Source of the DNA: Thermoplasmatota archaeon
GTDB taxonomy: Archaea > Thermoplasmatota > Thermoplasmata > Thermoplasmatales > ARK-15
Direction: 5' to 3'
DNA: 51,967 bases
NCBI GenBank assembly: GCA_031961605.1
Contig: JAVRLH010000001.1
Coordinates: 1 to 51,967 of the forward strand
Below the pieces are notes generated by a model. The model was not told where the DNA came from. It did not search any database and saw only the letters and a program-made list of their open reading frames with translations. This document shows, one piece after another, positions 45,406 through 51,967 of the stretch. Both the position numbers and the translations under genes were made by a program. Each line of letters begins with the position of its first letter. Within the stretch, counting starts at the first letter, position 1.

Positions 45406-45522
45406 GCAGTTTGTACAAATGCCAAGTGAGGGTATATAATGATCATCGCAGACAGGTCTTCCACACATTTTACAAACATGTTTTGCAGGTTTTCCACAAA
45501 TATAGCATAAACCAACAATCAT
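45388..45522 (-). CDS. unannotated 44-aa zinc-finger microprotein with HIT-finger-like Cys/His spacing
   Basis: My translation is MIVGLCYICGKPAKHVCKMCGRPVCDDHYIPSLGICTNCSKKWK*. Ligand pattern C-x2-C-x7-C-x2-C-x4-C-x2-H-x7-C-x2-C. The start forms an ATGA overlap with the queC stop. The 3' end overlaps pheS convergently by 18 nt. Confidence 0.55.
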   Translation of the reverse strand: MIVGLCYICGKPAKHVCKMCGRPVCDDHYIPSLGICTNCSKKWK

Positions 45523-46229
45523 CTTTCTCCCCTCAGATACTTAAGGTAAAATTCAGGATAATGCTCATACTCAAGCGGATCCTTTTCTCCTGCATCCATA
45601 AAGCCCTTTAATCTCAACAAACAGGAATCACATTTTCCGCATGCCTTTTCTTTCCCTTCATAACAGGACCAGGTTAATTCATATGGTACCTTTAATTCCA
45701 TACCTTTTTTTATTATCTCCCCCTTTTTCATGTTTATCAATGGTGCAACAATTTCAATTGTTTTTCCTTCCACACCCCTCTTTGTAGCAAGCTTTGAAAG
45801 TTTATTGAATTCTTCAATGTACTCAGGCCTGCAATCAGGATAGCCTGAATAATCAAGGGCATTCACACCTATGTAAATTCTATCAGCATCCAATACTTCT
45901 GCATAACCAAGTGCTATGGAAAGGAAGATTGTGTTTCTTGCAGGGACATAGGTAACAGGTATTTCTGATGAAATTTCCTTCATGGATCTGTTCTTTGGGA
46001 CATCCATATTATCCGTTAAGGCACTTCCACCAATTTCTCTAAGGTTAATTTCAACAATTTTTAAATTTAAACCATAATATTCGCATATTTTTTTTGCACT
46101 TTCAATCTCCCTGTTGTGTCTCTGACCGTATCTGAATGTTATTGGATACACATCATAACCATCTTTCAAAGCTATTGCAAGTGTTGTTGTGCTGTCCAAT
46201 CCACCAGAGAGAAGAACAACAGCCTTCAT
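45519..46229 (-). CDS. queC: 7-cyano-7-deazaguanine synthase QueC
   Basis: KAVVLLSGGLDSTT PP-loop and a C-terminal CGKCDSCLLR zinc cluster. The ATG at 46229 forms an ATGA overlap with the queD stop and has GAGG upstream. The ORF extends to 46247. Confidence 0.9.
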   Translation of the reverse strand: MKAVVLLSGGLDSTTTLAIALKDGYDVYPITFRYGQRHNREIESAKKICEYYGLNLKIVEINLREIGGSALTDNMDVPKNRSMKEISSEIPVTYVPARNTIFLSIALGYAEVLDADRIYIGVNALDYSGYPDCRPEYIEEFNKLSKLATKRGVEGKTIEIVAPLINMKKGEIIKKGMELKVPYELTWSCYEGKEKACGKCDSCLLRLKGFMDAGEKDPLEYEHYPEFYLKYLRGER

Positions 46230-46699
46230 AGTTTTTCCTCTGAGCATGCACCCTGTCCGGGTCCTTCATCAAGACATAATGTGACGCTTTTTATATTTTT
46301 TGGAAAACTGTAATTTTTTATTAATTCATTCAAAAAATATTTTGAAAGTTCCTCTGCTGTCGACACCTCAATATCCAAAAGAACAACATCTTCACTTGGT
46401 ATTATGTACTCTTTATCTTCAAAGTGAACAATGTACCTTGCCTCTATTTCCTGAACATCCATGAACTTTGATTTTTTTGGGAGTATAAGATGATGGTCAA
46501 TCTTTTCACACATTTCTCTAAGAATTTTTTTTATTTCAATGAAATCCAAAAGCATATTATGCTCATCCATTTCACCCTCCACCTTCAACCTTATTCCATA
46601 ATCATGGCCATGTAACCTTGAACATTTTCCTTGGAATGGTATAAAGTGCGATGCAGCAAATTTTATGTTTGTTTCCCAACCGTTTATTTCAAGGATCAT
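46226..46699 (-). CDS. queD: 6-carboxy-5,6,7,8-tetrahydropterin synthase QueD (PTPS family)
   Basis: FAASHFIPFQGKCSRLHGHDY zinc/catalytic motif. Confidence 0.88.
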   Translation of the reverse strand: MILEINGWETNIKFAASHFIPFQGKCSRLHGHDYGIRLKVEGEMDEHNMLLDFIEIKKILREMCEKIDHHLILPKKSKFMDVQEIEARYIVHFEDKEYIIPSEDVVLLDIEVSTAEELSKYFLNELIKNYSFPKNIKSVTLCLDEGPGQGACSEEKL

Positions 46700-46821
46700 A
46701 AATTAGAAAATAATGTTTTGAATATTAACACTTTCGTTTCATATTCTTTGGATTAAAATGCAAAAAATGTGAATTTAAAAGAAATCCAAAAGATTATATA
46801 TTTTAATAACATTTTAATTTT

Positions 46822-47544
46822 ATGAGATCCATAGTTCTATGCGGTGGTTATGCAAAAAGGCTTTTACCTATTTCAGAGTTCATTCCAAAACCTTTACTGT
46901 TTGTGAATGGAAAACCCATAATTGATCATATTGTTGATAGGATTGTTGGAATTGGAATAAGGGATATAGCAATATCAACAAACAAAAGGTTTGAAAAACA
47001 TTTTAATTATTATTCTAAAACAAGGAATGATGCAAATTTTAATATTATAATTGAGCCAACATTAAATGAGGATGGTAAATTTGGAGCGGTAAAGGGAATA
47101 AAATATGCACTGGATAGACTTGAGGATGATGATTATTTGGTAATTGCAGGTGATAATTACTTTACTTTCGATCTTAAGAAAATAAAGGAATTTTTCTTGA
47201 AAAATATGGATACGACAATCGGTCTATATGATGTTAAAAATATTGAAGAGGCAAAAAGGTTTGGTGTTGTTTCACTTGATCCCAATGGATATGTTAAAGA
47301 ATTTGAAGAAAAACCTGAGAAACCAAAAAGTACACTGATTAGTACGGCAATATACTTTTTTCCAAAGGATATAAAGATCTGGATTGATGAGTTTATGTAT
47401 AAAACAGGTAGGGTGGATCAACCCGGAAGATTGATTAAATGGCTGGTTGAAAACAGACGTGTTTACGGTGTTAAACTTGAGGGAGAATGGTACGATATAG
47501 GAACAATTGACACATACAGAGAAATATTTTATCACAGTATATGA
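46822..47544 (+). CDS. sugar-phosphate nucleotidyltransferase (glucose-1-phosphate thymidylyl/uridylyltransferase-like)
   Basis: IVLCGGYAKRLLPISEFIPKPLLFVNGKPII N-terminal signature. Confidence 0.85.
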   Translation: MRSIVLCGGYAKRLLPISEFIPKPLLFVNGKPIIDHIVDRIVGIGIRDIAISTNKRFEKHFNYYSKTRNDANFNIIIEPTLNEDGKFGAVKGIKYALDRLEDDDYLVIAGDNYFTFDLKKIKEFFLKNMDTTIGLYDVKNIEEAKRFGVVSLDPNGYVKEFEEKPEKPKSTLISTAIYFFPKDIKIWIDEFMYKTGRVDQPGRLIKWLVENRRVYGVKLEGEWYDIGTIDTYREIFYHSI

Positions 47545-47744
47545 TTTTATGTGAACTACCACCCTGACTGATGGATCTTCATGATCCAAGCTTTTTCCCA
47601 AAAACCAAAGTGCAGGTCTTTTTATTTATGATAAAGTTTCTATGTTCAACATTTTTAAGGAAGGTTAAGATGTATGTTCTACAAGCTTGAAAAGTTCCAT
47701 GCATACATCTGCCAGCACTCTCAATTTGCAGATATGATATTCAT

Positions 47745-47826
47745 ATAAAAAATATATATAATTATCTGCTTTCATTCCTTACCTTTCGAAAGAGGATTTC
47801 CCGCCCAAAAAGTTAAAATTTAGTGT
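47745..47826. repeat. second copy (B) of the ~80-nt hairpin repeat, solo, inside the long region upstream of the RNR gene
   Basis: AAATATATATAATTATCTGCTTTCATTCCTTACCTTTCGAAAGAGGATTTCCCGCCC... contains the perfect 10-nt palindrome CTTTCGAAAG (47783-47792). It shares GCTTTCAT, the CCTT-NCGA-AAGG hairpin and TTC..C with copy A. Confidence 0.5.
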
Positions 47827-47951
47827 TTTATCCAACAAGGTAAAAAATTGTGATCAGATCTGATAAAACATATCGATCAAATTATGTATAAAAAACTTTT
47901 TTCTATAACAAGGAGATAGTGTAGTTTACCCACAAAAAAGGGGTTGATACC

Positions 47952-50246
47952 ATGGATAAAATAATGAAAAGAGACGGTACAATAGTTGATTTCAATTCGA
48001 AAAAAATTACTCTTGCAATATACAAAGCAATGAAAGCATCAGGCATAGAAAATCTGAAAGAGGCAGAGAGGTTAACAAACATTGTAATAAAAAGGCTTGA
48101 GGAATTAAATAAAGAAATACCAAAGGTTGAAGAAATACAGGATATTGTTGAAGAAGTATTGATGCTAGAAGGGTACACATCTGTTGCAAAAGCCTACATA
48201 CTTTACAGGGAAAAGAGAAAAATAATAAGGGAACTTAAAAAGGCATACGGTGTTAAGGATGATCTAAAGCTATCTTTGAATGCAATTAAAGTTCTAGAGT
48301 CCAGGTATCTTTTAAAAAATGAAAAAGGAGAAGTTATAGAAACACCAGGGCAGATGTTTGAAAGGGTGGCAAAATACATAGCTCTTGTTGATATTCTTTA
48401 CGATGGATCCGTTTATGATATAAATGCATCACAGAAAGAATGGGAATTTGAAGATGTTGAAAACCATCCTCTTACAGTTCATGAATATGAAATGCTCAAA
48501 AGAGCATACTTGACCCTGAACAGAGAAGGAAGGATGAAAAGATCTTTCAGGGATGTTATTGATCTTCTGAAAATAAAAGAAAGGGAAATTGAAAAAACAG
48601 CCATGGATTTCTATGGTATAATGAGCAGGCGTGAATTTTTACCCAATTCACCCACAATGATGAATGCAAACACCGAAATAGGGCAGCTTTCAGCATGCTT
48701 TGTTATACCTGTTGAAGACACCATGGATGGTATATTCGATGCTGTAAAGTATGCTGCACTCATACACAAATCAGGTGGTGGAACAGGTTTTTCATTTTCA
48801 AGGCTCAGACCACAGGGTGATATTGTTGGATCAACGAAGGGTGTTGCATCAGGTCCAATTTCATTCATGAGGATATTTGATGTTGCAACAGATGTGATAA
48901 AGCAGGGTGGAAAAAGAAGAGGAGCGAACATGGGAATTCTAAGGGTCGATCACCCTGATATACTTGAATTTATAACTGTGAAGGATTCAGAAAACAAAAT
49001 ACTCACAAACTTCAACATTAGTGTTGCTGTGACAGATGAATTCATGAAGGCACTTGAAAATAACTCAAACTATAAACTTATAAATCCAAGGAATGGTGAG
49101 GTTGTTAAGGAGATTGAGGCATCAAAGGTATGGAATATGATTGTTTCACATGCATGGGAAACTGGTGATCCTGGAGTTATTTTCATAGATGAAATAAACA
49201 GGCAGAATCAAACTCCACATCTTGGAGAGATAGAAAGTACGAATCCCTGCGGTGAACAGCCTTTATTACCATACGAATCCTGCAACCTTGGATCAATAAA
49301 TCTTTCTTTGTTTGTTGAAGATGGTAAAATAGACTGGGAAAAGCTAGGTTTTGTTGTTAGAGAATCTGTTCATTTCCTTGACAACGTTATAGATGCTAAC
49401 AAATTTCCATTGAAGCAGATTGAGGAAATGACAAGGAAAAACAGGAAGATAGGCCTTGGAGTAATGGGATTTGCTGAAATGCTCATAAAGCTTGGAGTTC
49501 CATACAACTCTGATGAAGCATTAAAAATAGCAGAAGAGGTTATGAAATTCATACAGGATGAAAGCCATAGGATGAGCATGGAACTTGCAGAGAAACGCGG
49601 TGTTTTTCCAGAATGGAAGGGATCAAAGTGGGAGAAAATGGGTATTAGAATAAGAAATGCAACAACCACTACAATTGCACCAACGGGAACAATATCAATA
49701 ATCGCAGATACAAGTTCAAGCATAGAACCCTTATACGCTTTATCATTCATAAGGAACGTTCTTGATGGTGCACAGTTGCTTGAAGTAAATCCTCTCTTTG
49801 AGGAATATGCAAGGAAATACAACTTTTATTCAGATGAAATAATGAGGGAAATAGCGAAAACAGGATCAATACAGCACATGGATCTTCCAGATTTTGTGAA
49901 GAAAATATTCGTTACAGCACATGACATTGATCCTGAATGGCATGTTAGAATGCAGGCAGCATTCCAGAAATATACTGACAACGCTGTAAGCAAGACAATA
50001 AATATGAGGAATGATGCAACAATAAGGGATGTTGAAAATGCATATATGCTTGCTTATAAACTAAAATGCAAGGGCATAACAATATACAGGGATGGAAGTA
50101 AAAGTGTCCAGGTACTTGTTAAGGGCGCGGAAAAGAAAAAGCAGACAATGGAAATATCACTTGAATTAAAGCCAAAGGTTGAAGAATACATAAAACTTGA
50201 TAGTACATTTGATGCGGCCTGCCCAACAGGAAAGTGCGATCATTGA
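47952..50246 (+). CDS. nrdJ: class II (adenosylcobalamin-dependent) ribonucleoside-triphosphate/diphosphate reductase with N-terminal ATP-cone
   Basis: ATP-cone [21 protein letters not shown], active-site [23 protein letters not shown] and a C-terminal Cys pair (ACPTGKCDH). There is no intein-like insertion. Confidence 0.92.
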   Translation: MDKIMKRDGTIVDFNSKKITLAIYKAMKASGIENLKEAERLTNIVIKRLEELNKEIPKVEEIQDIVEEVLMLEGYTSVAKAYILYREKRKIIRELKKAYGVKDDLKLSLNAIKVLESRYLLKNEKGEVIETPGQMFERVAKYIALVDILYDGSVYDINASQKEWEFEDVENHPLTVHEYEMLKRAYLTLNREGRMKRSFRDVIDLLKIKEREIEKTAMDFYGIMSRREFLPNSPTMMNANTEIGQLSACFVIPVEDTMDGIFDAVKYAALIHKSGGGTGFSFSRLRPQGDIVGSTKGVASGPISFMRIFDVATDVIKQGGKRRGANMGILRVDHPDILEFITVKDSENKILTNFNISVAVTDEFMKALENNSNYKLINPRNGEVVKEIEASKVWNMIVSHAWETGDPGVIFIDEINRQNQTPHLGEIESTNPCGEQPLLPYESCNLGSINLSLFVEDGKIDWEKLGFVVRESVHFLDNVIDANKFPLKQIEEMTRKNRKIGLGVMGFAEMLIKLGVPYNSDEALKIAEEVMKFIQDESHRMSMELAEKRGVFPEWKGSKWEKMGIRIRNATTTTIAPTGTISIIADTSSSIEPLYALSFIRNVLDGAQLLEVNPLFEEYARKYNFYSDEIMREIAKTGSIQHMDLPDFVKKIFVTAHDIDPEWHVRMQAAFQKYTDNAVSKTINMRNDATIRDVENAYMLAYKLKCKGITIYRDGSKSVQVLVKGAEKKKQTMEISLELKPKVEEYIKLDSTFDAACPTGKCDH

Positions 50247-50283
50247 TTCAACATAAATTTTAAAAATTTTATTATTTAAATAA

Positions 50284-50757
50284 TTAATTTTTTGATGAAT
50301 CCTTATCCGATAAAGTTAGATCTTTTGCAAGAAAAAGTGTATAGTCCCTTTCCTTTTTTAGAGCATTTATTCCAATGGCTATGGATATTATTGATCCCAA
50401 CATGGATAAAAGTATCAAAATATGACCAACAAAACCTGTTGTTGTTAAAAAAATAAAGATTGAAAGAATCAAACCAGCAAATGATCCAGATAAAGTATAA
50501 AGAAAATAAATCAATGTGGATATTCCACTATCTATTCTCATTCTGAGTATTAACATTTCATCTATTTTCATCAATCTTTGAAAATATTCAACAACCTTTT
50601 CCATATTTGATGGATCCCTGGTGTTCAAATTTTTTATATTTTCCAACAAAATTTCCTTCTCCTTTTTAAGATCTTCACCCTTTGGAAGGTTTTCTAGCCT
50701 GTTAATCTTAACGAGTATATCTTCAAGAAAATTTTTCAAATTTTCCATATATTGCAT
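50284..50757 (-). CDS. hypothetical membrane protein (N-terminal helical region plus 2-3 TM)
   Basis: 157-aa ORF with a charged helical N-terminus followed by the hydrophobic stretch STLIYFLYTLSGSFAGLILSIFIFL..GHILILLSMLGSIISIAIGI. Confidence 0.5.
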   Translation of the reverse strand: MQYMENLKNFLEDILVKINRLENLPKGEDLKKEKEILLENIKNLNTRDPSNMEKVVEYFQRLMKIDEMLILRMRIDSGISTLIYFLYTLSGSFAGLILSIFIFLTTTGFVGHILILLSMLGSIISIAIGINALKKERDYTLFLAKDLTLSDKDSSKN

Positions 50758-50790
50758 AAATTTATATTCAAATAAAAAGTTTTGTTAATT

Positions 50791-51552
50791 ATGATGGAAT
50801 ATTTTAAAAATAAAAATAGTGTTGTTACAGCATCAACAATGGGCCTGGGATATGCAACAGCAAAGATGCTTCTTGAAAATGGATCAAATGTGATCATCTG
50901 TTCAAGAAAGAGTGAAAACGTTAAAAATGCCATTGAATCATTAAAAATTTATGGCAATGTTTTCGGGAAGGAATGCGATATGACAAACATTGAATCAGTT
51001 AATGAATTCACAAAATTTGTTAGGGAAAAATTTTCAGTTTTGCATAACCTTGTTATCATACCGGGTGATCCAAAACCAGGAAAATTCAGAGAATTGAAAT
51101 TTGATGATTGGTTATCAGCCACAAATCTTTTGCTTTTATCCCCTGTAAAAATGATATATGATCTTTCAGAGATTTTCAGTGAAGATGCATCCATTGTAAT
51201 ATCAACATCCATAGCGATAAGGGAACCTATTCCTGAACTTGCTCTTTCAAATGTTGTCAGGCTATCACTTGCGGGTTTAGTTAAAACACTATCAAAGGAA
51301 TTAAATGGAATAAGAATTAATGGAATCATTCCTGGTTATTTTGATACACCAAGGTTGAGGAGAATAATTGAGTTAAGGAAAATGGAGCAGGGGGATTCAT
51401 TGAGGGATATGGTTAAAGATATTCCTGCCGGAAGGGTTGGAAAACCAGAAGAGTTTGCAAATGCTGTTCTTTTTCTATTATCACCCCTTTCATCCTACAT
51501 TACGGGTTCAATGTTAACCGTTGATGGTGGATTGGCAAAATCTGTGTTTTAA
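50791..51552 (+). CDS. short-chain dehydrogenase/reductase (SDR) family protein with an atypical active-site motif
   Basis: NSVVTASTMGLGYA dinucleotide motif and the overall SDR layout. I prefer the ATG at 50791 over the TTG at 50782. Confidence 0.8.
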   Translation: MMEYFKNKNSVVTASTMGLGYATAKMLLENGSNVIICSRKSENVKNAIESLKIYGNVFGKECDMTNIESVNEFTKFVREKFSVLHNLVIIPGDPKPGKFRELKFDDWLSATNLLLLSPVKMIYDLSEIFSEDASIVISTSIAIREPIPELALSNVVRLSLAGLVKTLSKELNGIRINGIIPGYFDTPRLRRIIELRKMEQGDSLRDMVKDIPAGRVGKPEEFANAVLFLLSPLSSYITGSMLTVDGGLAKSVF

Positions 51553-51584
51553 TTTTATATATTCTATTGTAATTAAGATCAAAG

Positions 51585-51967
51585 ATGCTTGAGAAATATT
51601 TCAGAAATTTAGGACATTTCGTCAATAAGAACAGCAAAAAACTGATTATTTTATGGATAATATTGGCAATTATTTTTCTACCATTTTCACCAATGATATT
51701 CCAGGAAACATCCTACAACATTGCTGGGAGCTTTGTAACGCAGAACAGTATGTCCGAGAAAGCTTCAAACCTTATGGATAAAGAATTCTCGGGCAGCGTT
51801 AATACAACAAATTCGACCCTTGATATTATTCTGATTGAAAATGCAAGTATGAACGATACAGCTGTGGTAAGAAATATTATTGATCTTCAGAATGCAATTT
51901 TAAACAATGCCACACTGAAAAGTTACGGAGTTAATGTAACCTCCATATTCACAGTTGAAAACAAAAT
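51585..51967 (+). CDS. MMPL/RND-superfamily membrane transporter, N-terminal fragment (runs off the window)
   Basis: My translation MLEKYFRNLGHFVNKNSKKLIILWIILAIIFLPF... has a TM helix followed by an extracytoplasmic sequon-containing loop, typical of MMPL N-termini. The frame is open to the window end. Confidence 0.55.
   Translation, partial: MLEKYFRNLGHFVNKNSKKLIILWIILAIIFLPFSPMIFQETSYNIAGSFVTQNSMSEKASNLMDKEFSGSVNTTNSTLDIILIENASMNDTAVVRNIIDLQNAILNNATLKSYGVNVTSIFTVENK

Noticed and set aside
45402-45611. 69-aa plus-strand ORF after pheS
   Set aside because: It is the shadow of the minus-strand zinc-finger microprotein and the queC 3' end. Its translation has no features, whereas the opposite strand gives a regular Cys/His pattern with ATGA coupling.
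47560-47745. Possible second tnpB N-terminal remnant left of repeat copy B (minus-strand translation ...ACRTYILTFLKNVEHRNF...)
   Set aside because: There is only a vague 'RTY' resemblance to the RTIKVKL start of the relic at 12.7 kb. The spacing to the hairpin differs and the DNA flanks of the two repeat copies are unrelated.
47952-50246. Possible intein in the ribonucleotide reductase (common in archaeal RNRs)
   Set aside because: The 764-aa protein reads colinearly through the conserved blocks, including NPCGEQ, with no insertion bearing intein splicing motifs.
1-51967. CRISPR arrays, rRNA/tRNA genes and box C/D sRNAs
   Set aside because: I saw no regularly spaced direct repeats, no cloverleaf-compatible GC-rich segments in the intergenic spacers, and no RUGAUGA...CUGA pairs at suitable spacing in the spacers I inspected (10390-10527, 11707-11845, 27211-27300, 47545-47951). 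Visual scanning is not exhaustive; tRNAscan-SE, Infernal and snoscan-type searches would be decisive.

Overview
AT-rich archaeal chromosomal segment. The proteins look Thermoplasmata-like; for example, the proteasome alpha subunit resembles the Thermoplasma sequence as I recall it. Most of the window is densely packed housekeeping operons, many joined by 4-nt ATGA stop/start overlaps. These include an NfeD-NfeD-stomatin cluster and a thiamine locus (thiC divergent from an HTH-ThiN regulator-like gene, then thiM-thiE-thiD). Also present are argS, an htrA-acuC-COG3199 kinase operon and a DRG GTPase. The archaeal exosome superoperon is complete (psmA-SBDS-rrp4-rrp41-rrp42-L37Ae-rpoP). Further along are trm1, AMP phosphorylase plus a MoaD-like Ubl, ACD-alpha plus GNAT, G1P dehydrogenase, pheS, queD-queC, class II RNR, an SDR and a partial MMPL transporter. 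The non-routine parts are as follows. (1) A 2089-aa AglB/STT3 oligosaccharyltransferase carries a ~1200-aa sequon-dense extension of beta-sandwich repeats and is translationally coupled to a small surface glycoprotein. (2) A ~2.9-kb decaying accessory island (9.94-12.85 kb) holds an IS5-type transposase relic, a YgiT-type zinc-finger gene, a broken ORF, a DUF4258-like toxin-like gene and a heavily degraded TnpB. (3) A ~80-nt hairpin repeat abuts the TnpB relic and recurs upstream of the RNR gene. (4) Two small zinc-ribbon genes are missing from the ORF track: rpoP and a HIT-finger-like microprotein coupled to queC. (5) A wHTH fused to an NMT1/THI5-like binding domain sits next to an NCS1 permease. 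(6) A 2-hydroxyacid dehydrogenase has a conserved N-terminus with no canonical start codon and lies in frame behind the stomatin TGA. I found no rRNA, tRNA or CRISPR array. An IS481/IS3-like transposase is cut by the left window edge.
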